Of a stretch of 64,000 nucleotides of DNA, positions 45,863 through 62,638 are shown piece after piece; positions within the stretch are counted from its first letter, which is position 1; every line of letters starts with the position of its first letter. The position numbers and the translations under genes are program-made. The notes under the pieces are model-generated. The model searched no databases and was not told where the DNA came from. It was given only the letters and a program-made list of their open reading frames with translations. This DNA comes from Selaginella moellendorffii (taxonomy: Eukaryota > Plantae > Lycopodiophyta), in assembly GCF_000143415.4 (NCBI RefSeq), contig NW_003314262.1:658078-722077 (forward strand), read 5' to 3'.

Positions 45863-48800
45863 TCATTTAAGTCCCCTACTTTTTACAAACGCGCTTAACG
45901 ATGGTTCTCGCCCCAGAAAACCATGCACAAGCTCCGCTGCGTCCTTGCTCGCGCCTGGCACCAACACCTGGGGATCACAAACAACGTTACCACAATCCGC
46001 AAGGCCTTTCCTCGTACCTTGTCCCGAAACTCCTTGCCTGCCGAAAAGTTGCTCACTTCACCAGCAAAGCCACTCTCAAACATGTCTTCGGAGAGAACCT
46101 GTGCAAGCATGTTAAACGCACAAGACGACCGACTGATTTTTCCCACTCCTTCACCTGATTCCACAAGTAGCTGTAGTAAGTGCCGTCATACCCGCCCATG
46201 AGATGTGTAAACGACGTGCTCAAGTCCGTCCCTTCCAGCATCGGGATCCCTTCCATTACCTGGACTCTCGTTCACGTGACAAAGAGAAACAAGACAGAGC
46301 TGGTGGCTAACCTGGGTGTGGAGCTGCTCGAGAACGGAAACAGTATCGAATTGGTCGCTTGAGTGCACGATCAAATCGAACAATGCTGCCGCGGGAACCA
46401 AAAAAACGAAAGCATCATCAAACAGACAGAAATGAGTAGCGAGTTATGTGTACCTAGCAAGATCTGCCTTTTCGTCAGAAGCCCGGCATGGGTCTTCTTC
46501 TTTCGCACTAGTAACTCGCAAAAGCTGTCCGGGACAGGTTCTCTAGTGTCCTGCAGGAGTCTACGAATATCAATTAGCAAGCTTCATGAGCTCGACGAAA
46601 ATCACCACCTTATAGAAGCCACTCATACGCTTCAACGACGACTTTTCAGAGCACCTGTGTCAACAGACGTTAGCAAACGAGACATCCATAGTCGGCCTAC
46701 CACTTTTCGAGCATTTTGCTGGGAGCTTCCACGAAATCATCCTCGACCCGCAGACCGGAAAATCTGGCGAACGATGGACGGCTGCAAATGTGATGCATCT
46801 GCAATATAAACATGTTTAAGAAAGGGAGAGCGAAGGGAATAGCACAAGTACTTGCCACGTGACCGAATTCGTGAAAGAAAGTCTCCACTTCTGGATAACT
46901 CAGCAGGGCAGCATGTCCTCTCCTGAAGTTCGCAAGCATAGCCGCGACTGGCAGCTAGACAGTAGAACTGAGCTCATTCCCAAAAATTCAATCTCTCCAG
47001 TCAATGCTCTTACCTGACCGCTGCGAGTAGAGGAGGGCTGAAGAGGACACACGCAGGCATGCGAGTACTTTCCATCCCTACAGCCGGAGGACGAGATAAG
47101 CAAACAAACTCTCGTGATACATAGTAGAGCAGAATGGAAATACCTGTGATAAATATCGAGGTAGAAATAGCCAATTGTCTTCTTCGCATCTGTATCGCTA
47201 ACGGCAAAGAGCCGCACATCTGGATCCCACGCTCCCCGCTCCTCCTTGATTTCTTCGAAAGTAAGACCTGAAAACTCAAATGACAAACACAACAAAAATT
47301 AACCAGAAAGATATACCAAACAGCTCCTGATATATTTGGAAGAGACCATTGGTAACAACCTCCACAGGAAAATATTCTCTGATCTTTTCCGTGATTGCTT
47401 GAAACTCGAGCTCTTCAACTCTATGCATATAGTATAGAAGATCTTCCATACCAAACTCCTCTCCCCCTTCCTCGGCTTTCTACAGTGATAAAACTTTAGA
47501 GACCGTTAAGAAAATGCATATGGCAGACCTTTAGAGCCCGAAGCTTGTTCAACTCTGCTGCTGCAACTGACGACATCTTTGCCGAAAGGCTGAGGAGGAA
47601 GTTCTTTACCTGAAGCGAAACCAGGTGAGCCATGAAGAAGGTATTATAGCTTCTAGTTTCCTACGTTGGTAAAACTCTTGGCCATACGGCTGGAGGTCAC
47701 GTACTCCACATGATTAGGATAACCAAGCAGGCGAGCCAGTCGATGACGTAGCTTCACCTGGAAAGGTCCAGGCATAAGCGATCGTGAAGAATTCATGCAC
47801 GAACCACGTTGTGGAAGATTGGAAGATTTTCTGCGATGCAACGTTTATCATATGCCACTGCCAATGCCTTGCGCGTGCTTCCTACCTAGGGATGAGAAGA
47901 ACCGGTTTAGAGAGAAAGCATTACAGACATTCAGCCCAACCTTGCAATTCTGCATGACTGGGAAGTAGTAGCGAGCATCGAGCGGAAGCTTGAGCTTGCC
48001 ATGCTTGCCCTTCTCCAAGTTCTAAAAGTGAAGGAAAAAGAGAAAACAGGACGCAAAAAGGTGTCATATCAAGGCGGCAACGGAGACGTGTCTACAAACC
48101 TTAACAAACGTTATCGGTAAACCCGCAAGCTCATCCTCGTTGAATAGTAGAACCTCATTGAGCTGCGCGAGGTTTTTCTGGAAGGTGATGCAGAGTTCCC
48201 CGATAGTTTTCTTGATCTTGTCGACTTCGGATCTCATTTCGGGAGTCAGGTGCAGCCCAAGCCTCTCGTAATCCCTGACCTGCATGGGCAGACTTCGGTG
48301 GGAGGGAGTAAGCAAGCTTTAGATGAGTACCAGATGGTTGACAAAACGCTGAGTTTCAGGCGGCAGGTCCTCTTTCTTCTCAGCATAGGCCTTGACAACG
48401 CGGTACACGTCCTCCCGGAGCCTGCTCATCGCGAAACATCGTGAGCACAAGGAATGCATAGGTACGAGGCAACCTGCATTTGGCGTTGTATGCCTCAAAC
48501 ATCTTCTCGGCTTTGACGCTGGCATCACGGACGTCTCTCGCCGGATTCACCAGACTCGGGAAGACGCACGACTGAACAGCCATGAACTCGTCAGCTTCCA
48601 GCCTTTCCAGGGGCTCAATCACCGACTCGTAGGTCACCTGACTCCCAAGCAAGCAAACAAAAGCTTGTCATGCTTGCTTCTACGAGAATGAGGCTGGTTA
48701 CCTGGTCCAAGGGCACAGCGGCGACGGCGTCGTGAACTCGGATGGAGTTTGCAATGACGTGATCCACCGCTCTGAGGATCTCCCCGGCGGAGAGGCTGGA

Positions 48801-49052
48801 TCGGAACTTGATGTCCTTGCATCCTCCTCCTCCTCCTCCTCCTCCTGCTGCTGCTGCTGCTGCTGCTCAGGTATTAGGGTTGCCGCCTTGCGCTCTGCTC
48901 ACATTCAAGCAGATCCATCGCTTACCTCGATCCTTGCCTCCGCGCAGCAGCGTGAGCAGCACCCTGGCTGCGACCAGTGTGCCCAGCGCCGCCCCCGCGG
49001 CCACCGCGATCCTCCTCTGCCGGCTTCCACCCTGCGCCTGCTTGCCGGCCAT
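45863..49052 (-). CDS. Thimet-like oligopeptidase (peptidase family M3A), multi-exon
   Basis: [23 protein letters not shown] (HEXXH), [27 protein letters not shown]. Confidence 0.93.
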
Positions 49053-49217
49053 CCTCCCTCCAGCTCGCCAGTAAGCTCGGGGAGGATCGACCCGTGGTTC
49101 GAAACGGGGGATCGCCAATTAGGTTATTAAGTAATGCGATGATGATAGGATGCGAATGAGTGAATGGCGATCGAGGGGAGCTCTTAGGGTTTTGGTTTTG
49201 CGTATGACTTGAGGTGA

Positions 49218-52590
<3,373 letters not shown>

Positions 52591-52670
52591 ATTGTCGTGC
52601 TCAAAGCCCCTTTACTTAATTTTTATGTAGAGTTTCTCCTCCCTAAAGCCCTAGGTAGTGGAGAGAAGCT

Positions 52671-53397
52671 ATGTCTGGTGGCATAGCCAGGGGGCGCTTG
52701 GCGGAAGAACGGAAGGCGTGGCGCAAGAATCATCCACACGTAAGACGATCGCATCCCTCTTCCCTGCTCATGAATTCCTCGCTGTCTGTGTGGCGTCTAG
52801 GGTTTTGTGGCCAGGCCCGAGACCCAGCCCGATGGATCGGTCAACCTAATGACATGGCATTGCACTCTACCGGGCAAGGCCGGAGTAAGTAGCCAAGCCC
52901 TTGGAACTGGAGCACTACTAATATGGCTTGCGCTTGGCGCAGACGGACTGGGAGGGCGGCTATTTCCCGCTGGCGATCCACTTCAGTGAAGATTACCCCA
53001 GCAAGCCTCCCAAGTGCAAGTTCCCTCCAAACTTCTTCCACCCCAATGTCTACCCCTCGGGAACAGTGTGCCTCTCCATCCTCAACGAGGACTCTGTAAG
53101 TTGATTCCCTCTGGAAGCCACTCTCACGCTCGTCTCTCGTCTCTCGTCTCTCTCGTTCCAGGGCTGGCGACCCGCCATCACCGTGAAGCAAATCCTCATC
53201 GGAATCCAGGAGCTGCTGGATGCCCCCAATGCCGCGGATCCCGCGCAGTCTGATGCCTATCAGATGTTCATCCAGGTTTTGAGGGTGCTCCCCTGGTATT
53301 GATAAAAAAGCGCTGTTTCTTGTGTGGCGTGCAGGATAGAGACGAGTACAAGCGAAGGGTACGACAGCAGGCCAAGCTGTATCCCCCGCCCGTCTGA
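52671..53397 (+). CDS. SCE1: SUMO-conjugating enzyme (Ubc9)
   Basis: [53 protein letters not shown]. Confidence 0.97.
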
Positions 53398-54158
53398 TTG
53401 CTTTCACCTTTTACCATGGCCTGGTAAAAGAAGAAACGTAGTGGAAGGAATATTCTTCAAGAAAAATGTGGTATGGGTTGGTTATTATACGCAATTATAT
53501 GCCGTGGATATTCCGCAAAGTTGTGCCGTGTGGATTGGGCAAGAGCGGGCGGCCGCCCGGCCGGCCTGGGTTTTTTGAGGTTTTGAGCGGGAGAGCCTCT
53601 TTCTTGTTTACCTCGCTCGAGTTGGAGATGGAGATGGGAGGATTACTCTAAAGCACACACGGTTTATTAAGGCAGGCGCTAAGTTAAAGTGAGGGCTGCC
53701 TGCCCTGCTGGTGGTGCTGTCAGGTTATGCTTTTCTTTTGGCTTTGTTTCGTTTTAGTGCTTGCGGAGCTCTCCTTGGCCTCGTAGCCCCTGCCTAGACA
53801 CACACAGCAGCAAGCAATCGAGCAGCAAGCAATCGAGGGGGCGGAGGTAAGTGTGTGGCCAAGAAACAAACCAGGCAGCAATCCAATCCAATCCGGCCGT
53901 AAAAAAAGGAGGAGTGTTTTTAAGTAGGGCAACAAGGCCCTGGGAGAGGGGAACAGTAGGGGCGCGTAGATCCTGCGGGCTAGGGGGGACAAATGTGGCT
54001 GGCTGCTGGGCGCGAGCAAGCAATGTGGGATTTGGGAGGTGGAGGAGGCAGTAGCAGGAGCAGCGGCGGCGGCAGCTGGTGAGCTAGGAGGCCTCTGGAC
54101 GCGCGAAAGAAGGAGAGACAAGCGAAACAAAGAGCGGTGGGATCACAGCGCGGCGGCA

Positions 54159-56093
54159 ATGGCGGAGTCAATTAGTAGCCTAGACGAGGACGACGGCTTC
54201 TTCGACGGATCTTGCAGGGAGAGTGTGGCGTCGGCCATGGGGTTTTGCAAGCAGGACGGGAAATCTTCCAGGCGGAAGACCGCCGTTCGCCCCAGCTTGG
54301 AAACGGAAGACATCATACACTTGCTCCACGGCTCAGATCCAATCAAAGTGGAGCTCAACCGGCTCGAGAATGAAGTGCGAGGTAAGCAGCGCTCGGATCT
54401 ACGCCAATGTACATGTTTCTAAACCCGGCGCCACCGCTTTTGCTTGTCTTGTGCCAGACAAGGATCGAGAGCTGTGCGAGGCGCACGCAGAGATCAAGGC
54501 CCTGCGCCAGACGGAGCGGCTCAAGGAGAAGGCCGTCGAAGAGGTAGCTCGTCGCTGATTGATCGCCACCATCACCAACATTTCCTTTTGCAGCTATTTG
54601 ACGAGCGTGAGAAGTTGCAAGAAAAGCTCAAGGCCATGGAAATTGCTCTGGAAAACAAGGTGCCGTTACTTTTTTCCGCTCTTTCTTGTTCATGACACTT
54701 TCCTTTCCCTCGCAGAACCTGGATCTCAAGAGGACCAACGATGAGAGGAAGTCGGCGCTAGCAGCCCAAGCTGCAGCAGAGGCGACACTACGGCGGCTGC
54801 ATGCCTCCCAAAAGGACGAAGATTTGCTGCCCCTGGAAGCCATCTTGGCACCCGTAGAAGCAGAGCTCAAGAGCACCCGCAACGATGTACGTCTTCTCCT
54901 TGTTGCCCCACCCGGTTTCTCACGCTTTGCAAAATTCCCTGCAGTTCTCAAGCTGCAAGACGATAACAAGGCCCTCGACCGGTTGACAAAGTCCAAGGAG
55001 GCTGCTCTTCTCGAGGCTGAAAGAGCAGTTCAGTTTGCGGAAGCCAAAGCCTCGCTCGTGGATGACTTGCAGAATCGGAATCAAGAACTTCTCAAACAGA
55101 TTGAGATCTGCCAGGTACGTTTTGGCCCCTCCTCGGATACCATGGTGCCAAGCCAAGCCTTGTGTGTGCCTTGGTGCAGGAAGAGAACAAGATATTGGAC
55201 AAGATGCACCGGCAGAAGGTGGCGGAGGTGGAGAAACTGAGCACTACCGTGGCAGAACTGGAGGAAGCACTTCTTGCTGGAGGAGCCGCAGCAAATGCTG
55301 CGCGTGACTTTGAGCGCCAAGTACATCACCTCATGGTAGTGCCGCCAGCCACCTTTGGGTCGCACTCACCCCACATTGTCTTTTTACCATTAGGAAGAGA
55401 AACGGACGCTTGAGCGGGAACTGGCGCGTGCCAAGGTAACAGCAAACAGAGTGGCAGTCGTCGTTGCAAACGAATGGAAGGATGCAAACGACAAGGTCAT
55501 GCCCGTGAAACAATGGCTTGAAGAGAGGAGATTCATGCAGGTGCGTGCGTACGTTGTGTGTGCGTGTGTGTTTCTTCCATTCGGCCTAACTAAGTGCGTG
55601 TCCTTGTCAGGGAGAGATGCAGCAGCTCCGTGACAAGCTAGCAACTACGGAACGCACCGCAAGGAGTGAAGCCCAACTCAAGGTAGGCACGTACACACTT
55701 TGGCTGCCGAGATAGGTGCCCAATGGCTTGATTCATGTGGCAGGAGAAGCTCCAAGTCCGGCTCAAGGTTCTGGAAGAGGGGTTGAGAACATCCACCAAC
55801 GGTTCCACTCGGAAGCACGACGATTTTTTGCGAAGCGGGACGAATGGTGCCAGTGTGCGTCGTCAATCAACAGGCGGGTCGGACATTGGTAACGGCGTGG
55901 CCAGGCGGCGGCCGTCAATGTCATCAGCGTCACAGATGCGGGGCTCGGTGTCCGGCTCCACCATCCTCAAGAACGGCAAGTTTGGATCCAAGGCGTTTGA
56001 CGGAAGCAAGTCGCTGGATGCGGGCCGGTTTAAAGCCTACGCTAACGGGTGCGAGGAGCCAAGAAAGGTGTCCTCGGCTGCGAGTGGGGCTGG

Positions 56094-56128
<35 letters not shown>

Positions 56129-56632
56129 ACGTAAAGCCTGAGGCCGGCAAGGTGGAGGGAGCAGCAGTCGCTGCAGCCGACGACAACGTGTCCGTCCTCT
56201 TCTATGATATGTTGCAAAAGGAGGTGGTGACGCTGCGCAAGTTGGGCCACGAGAAAGACCAAAGCCTCAAGGACAAGGATGACGCAATCGAGGTATATGC
56301 GTGGGTTTGGCTCTAGGTGCTCATGACAGTCGGACTTTTGCATGCAGATGCTGTCCAAGAAGGTGGATACGCTGACCAAGGCAATGGAAGTAGAGGCGAA
56401 GAAGATGCGTAGGGAGGTAGCAACAATGGAGAAGGAGGTGGCCGCGATGAGAGTAGACAAGGAGCAGGAGAACAGAGCACGGCGTCTTAGCATTGCAAAG
56501 GGGAGTGTAAATAGTTCCCATGCGTCATCGAGGTGAGGCAAAGAAAGTTTCTCTTGCGGCGGCTGGCTGACATGGTTGATCGATTCCCACAGGGGAGGAT
56601 TGATGAGAAGCCCATCAGACATCATGAGGTGA
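54159..56632 (+). CDS. MAP70: Microtubule-associated protein 70
   Basis: LLHGSDPIKVELNRLENEVRDKDREL, ANEWKDANDKVMPVKQWLEERRFMQ, YDMLQKEV, KKVDTLTKAMEVEAKKMRRE. Confidence 0.95.
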
Positions 56633-56946
56633 ATTGAGACACGGCAATGCGGCGAGCGAGGCGACTAACATACACACGACGACGAAGATTTAGTCTCTCT
56701 TTTTTATATTTCCTGTGTGTTGTGGGTTTTACTATGCTGTAAAATTGAACACGTTCATGTTCGTTGTTGTTTGGCGACGAGCCGAGCACAAGGGTATATG
56801 CTGTCGAGTTTCTTACCTAGACTGTAGAGCAGAGCGATGCAGGCCGCAATTCCGGGCTGCTCCAAGGCGGCAAGGAAGGAGCCATAGGTAGGGCGCAGAG
56901 AGCAGAGAGCACAGATCTGGATCTGGCTCGCGGAGATCTATCCGAT

Positions 56947-59900
56947 ATGGCAATGGGCGGCGGTGGCGAGCGGATGCGGTGGAGCAAGCTCTACTCGCTG
57001 TCGTGCCTGCGGCCGGCTGTGGCGGAGGAGGAGGAGGCGCGGAGGAGGCAAAGCAGCAACTTGAGCGGTGGCGGGCGGCTCGTGTGGTGCAACCAGCCCG
57101 ACAAGCACCGGGTGAAGCCGCACAAGTATCGATCCAATTACGTGTCCACCACCAAGTACACGCTGCTCACCTTCCTCCCAAAGGCATTGTTCGAGCAGTT
57201 TCGGCGGGTGGCCAACCTCTACTTCCTCTTCGCCGCCGCGCTCTCCCTCACGCCGCTGGCTCCCTTCGCCGCCTCCAGCCTCATCGCGCCCCTCGTCTTC
57301 GTGGTGGGCGTCAGCATGCTCAAGGAGGGCGTCGAGGACTGGCGCCGCTTCATGCAGGTGCGTGCGTGTGTGCGTGTGTGTGCGTGGGGCTTTCCGTGGC
57401 TCACTCTCCCGTGTAGGACGAGGAGGTGAACAAGCGCAAGGTGGCGGTGCACGTCGGGGACGGCGTGTTTGCGGACAAGCAGTGGAAGAGGGTGCGCGTG
57501 GGAGAGGTGGTCAAGGTGACGCAGGACAGCTTCTTCCCGGCGGACCTGCTGCTGCTGTCGAGCAGCTTCCCCGACGGCATCTGCTACGTGGAGACGAGCA
57601 ACCTCGACGGCGAGACCAACCTCAAGGTGAAGCGCTGCGTGGAGCGCACGCTGGAGCTGTCCGACAAGTCCGACTTCGCCACCTGGTCCGCCCAGGTGCA
57701 CTGCGAGGCGCCCAACCCCCACCTCTACACCTTCGTCGGCAACCTCGACTTGGACGGCAGCGTGATGCCGNNNNNNNNNNNNNNNNNNNNNNNNNNNNNN
57801 NNNNNNNNNNNNNNNNNNNNNNNNNNNNNNNNNNNNNNNNNNNNNNNNNNNNNNNNNNNNNNNNNNNNNNATGCAGAACGCCCGGGAGGCGCCCTCCAAG
57901 CGCAGCCGCATCGAGCGCAAGATGGACAAGATCATCTACTTCCTCTTCAGCGTCCTGCTGCTCATCTCGCTGCTCGGCTCCATCGTCTTCGGGGTCATGA
58001 CGCAGGCCGACATGCCCCGCTGGTGGTACCTCCGCCCCTCCGACGCCGACGTCTACTTCAACCCGCAGCGCCCGCAGCTGGCGGCGCTGCTGCACCTCAT
58101 CACGGCGCTCATCCTGTATGGCTATCTCATCCCAATCTCCCTTTACGTGTCCATTGAGGTTGTCAAGGTGCTGCAGGCAATGTTCATCAACCACGATATT
58201 GCCATGTATGACGACGTGACCGACACCCCCGCCCACGCTCGCACCTCCAACCTCAACGAGGAGCTGGGCCAGGTGGACACCATCCTCTCGGACAAGACGG
58301 GCACGCTCACCTGCAACGTCATGGAGTTTCGAAAGTGCTCCATCGCCGGCGTCTCCTACGGCCGGGGGATCACCGAAGTGGAGAGGGCCACCGCCAAGAG
58401 GCTCGGCAGGGAGCAGCAGCTGCACGAGCAGGATGCAGGGTCGGAGGAGCACGACCACCGCAGCAGCAGCAGCCACGGCACCAGCCCCGGGAACTTCGAG
58501 ATGGCCCATGCTGCACCCTTCGTCAAAGGCTTCAACTTCACCGATGAGCGGGTCATGGATGGCAACTGGCTGCACCAGCCGCACTCTTCCGTCATTCGAA
58601 CCTTCTTCCGAATCCTGGCAGTCTGCCACACTGTCATCCCCGAGGAGAGCCAGGAAACGGGCGACGTGAGCTACCAGGCGGAATCGCCGGACGAGCTGGC
58701 GTTTGTTGTTGCTGCAAGGGAGTTTGGCTTCCAGTTTTACAAGCGCACGCAGTCGACCGTGCTCGTGCGGGAGCCCAGCGATACCAATGGTACCACCACC
58801 CTCCGGTAAGAGACGTGACTCGCTTTCTTTCTTACGTGCGCTGCATTTCAGCGAATACAAGCTGCTCAACCTGCTGGAATTCAACAGCACCCGCAAGCGG
58901 ATGTCCGTCATTGTAACGGACGATGCAGGTAACACCTTCCTCTTCTCCAAAGGTGCAGACAGGTACTGTTTTGAGTGTAGCCTCTCTCTCTCTCTGTAGT
59001 CACCACCCTCCCTCTCCCATTGCAGCGTCATGTTCGACAAGCTCAGCAAGAACGGACGTCAGTTCGAAGCTGCGACAAGAAGCCATCTCTCCGAGTATGC
59101 CGAGGCCGGCCTGCGCACCTTGATCCTTGCGTACCGCAAGCTCGACGACGCAGAGTACAGGGAATGGAACGCGGTCTTCCTCAAGGCCAAAACCACCATT
59201 GGAGAAAGCCGAGAGGAGCTCTTAGATGCTGCATGCGACATGATAGAGAGGGACCTGGTCCTTGTGGGTGCCACTGCCGTGGAGGACAAGCTGCAGAAAG
59301 GGGTAAGCTTGGTTGGGGGCGCCACTCCTCTTCTCACGCACCGCTTATCCGTCCAGGTTCCTGAATGCATAGATCGGCTAGCCCAAGCTGGCTTGAAGAT
59401 ATGGGTGCTTACTGGCGACAAGCTAGAGACTGCCATCAACATTGGGTACGTTGGTCGCCCCCAACTCCTCTTTTAACCATACTCTCTTGCATGCCCGCAG
59501 CTTCGCATGCAGCCTGTTGCGGCAAGGGATGAAGCAGATTCTTGTGACGTTGGACAGTGGCTCCACTGAACAATTTGGCAACAAAGAGGCCAGTGCCAAG
59601 GTGAAGAAAAACAGATGATTCACTTCCACTTTGCACTAACCACTGCTGCTGTAGGCATCCAAAGAGAGCATCAGCCAGCAGCTTGCGAATGCCCAGCGCC
59701 AGATTGATCTGGAGACTGACGACGACGCTGCGTTTGCGCTGATCATTGATGGTAAAGCACTTGCCTATGCATTGGAAGATGGCCTTAAAGACAAGCTGCT
59801 ACGCCTGGCAATCAACTGTGCCTCTGTTATATGTTGCCGGGTTTCTCCCAAGCAGAAGGCGCTGGTACAGTGCTGACGCGCTCGCTCCCACCCTTGTGCT

Positions 59901-61210
59901 GGATTCTCATCCTTGATTTCATGCGCGTGGCAAAACAGGTGACGGGACTTGTGAAGGAGGGCACGGGACGGACAACTCTGAGCATTGGTGATGGAGCCAA
60001 CGACGTGGGAATGATCCAAGAGGCTGATATAGGTGTTGGCATCAGTGGTCTCGAAGGCATGCAGGTAGGGTGATCCTGGATTTCTGGATGCTCCTTAACC
60101 GCAGTGGGTGTTTGCAGGCAGTCATGGCCAGCGACTTCTCTATCGCACAGTTCAGGTTCCTGGAGCGCTTGCTCATTGTCCACGGGCATTGGTGTTACAA
60201 GCGTATCGCGCAGATGGTAAGCCTGGCTCCCGCCTCACTCATTGACCAATGCATCCCTACAGATTTGCTACTTTTTCTACAAGAACATCACGTTTGGCCT
60301 CACCCTGTTTTACTACGAGGCGTACACCAGCTTCTCGGGTCAGACTGCATACAACGATTGGTATATGTCCCTGTTCAATGTGTTTTTTACGTCGCTCCCG
60401 GTGATTGCGCTGGGGGTTTTTGAGCAAGACGTATCGGCCAGAGTGTGCCTGATGGTGAGTGAGTGAGCGAGCGAGCGAGTGTAACGAAGGACAGGGATTG
60501 ATGGTGGCTTGGTGGTGTTCTGTGCTGTGCAGTTTCCGACGCTTTACCAGCAGGGCCCCAGGAACTTGTTCTTCAGCTGGTCCCGGATCCTGGGCTGGAT
60601 GGCCAACGGCGTCTACAGCTCGCTTGTCACCTTCGTCTTTGCGGCAGGCCTGTACCGGGTGGCGGCGTTCCGGCGGGGTGGGGAGGTGGCGGAGCTGGCC
60701 ATTCTGGGGGCCAGCATGTACACGTGTGTGGTGTGGACAGTCAACGCGCAGGTGGCGCTGGCCATCAGCTACTTCACCTGGATCCAGCACCTCGTCATCT
60801 GGGGGAGCATCGGCCTCTGGTACATCTTCTTGCTGCTCTACGGCGCTGTGGATCCGCGCCTCTCCACCACCGCCTACATGGTGCTGCGCGACGGCCTTGG
60901 CCCAGCCCCAGTCTACTGGCTGACAACCGCATTGATACCCCTCGCCTGCGTCCTCCCTTACTTCCTCTTCACCGCCTTCCAGCGCACCTTCAAGCCCATG
61001 GATCACCACATCATCCAGGAGATACGCCACCTGCAGCGGGACTTTACCGATCCAGGCATGTGGCTGCGGGAGCGGTCCAAGGCCGTGGAGAGGACCTCCA
61101 TTGGGGTCAGTGCGCGGGTGGAGGCGCGGATCCGGCACATGAAGAAGAACAAGGGGCGCCACCACCTTTTCTCTCCCATCCGGGACACCACCACCGCCAC
61201 CACACCATAG
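56947..61210 (+). CDS. ALA: P4-type ATPase, phospholipid flippase (ALA family)
   Basis: [65 protein letters not shown]; interrupted by an assembly gap. Confidence 0.96.
57771..57870. other. Assembly gap (100 N) inside the P4-ATPase
   Basis: Run of exactly 100 N; the conserved LLR.SKLRNT...GHDTK segment is missing here. Confidence 0.98.
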
Positions 61211-61343
61211 TGCTCACAGACGCGTACACCAACACAATCCAAATTTTGTTAGGACGACAACGACGCGAGGACCGACCCTGCCTGTACACACGCAGCCTAG
61301 TATACATACAGACGACGTTCCTAGATGGTATAACCGTTCTGGA

Positions 61344-61389
61344 TTCGTTCGTTCATTCATTCATTCATTCATTCATTCATTTCATTCAT
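61344..61389. repeat. (TTCA)n microsatellite between convergent ALA and Rab23 3' ends
   Basis: Direct reading of sequence. Confidence 0.9.
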
Positions 61390-61407
61390 GTCAGTCACCC
61401 CGTCACG

Positions 61408-62498
<1,091 letters not shown>

Positions 62499-62532
62499 GG
62501 TGGGCAGTTTGCTTGCTCTCCAAACGGGTGGT

Positions 62533-62541
62533 GCCACGTGG
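62533..62541. promoter_or_regulatory. G-box (GCCACGTGG) in the Rab23/CCDC40 divergent spacer; similar ACACGTGGC/CACGTGGC sites at 9301, 10456 and 34701
   Basis: Exact G-box/ABRE matches located in upstream regions; function untested. Confidence 0.45.
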
Positions 62542-62638
62542 TTTTAGGGCTTGTCTGTTGTTTGCACGGAGGAGGGGATACATATCATCCTCCCGCGCTT
62601 TTTGCCGGCTGCGCACACCCCTGCCGCCCGCAAAAGAG

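Noticed and set aside
56088-56127. (GGC)n and other trinucleotide runs (CAG, GAG) across the window
   Set aside because: Ordinary coding homopeptide tracts (poly-G, poly-Q, poly-E); not arrays.
57771-57870. Apparent frameshift in the P4-ATPase
   Set aside because: Caused by the placeholder 100-N gap; not evidence of pseudogenisation.
57622-59049. 475-aa minus-strand ORF and other long ORFs over the P4-ATPase
   Set aside because: Antisense shadows of GC3-rich exons, partly joined artificially across the N gap.
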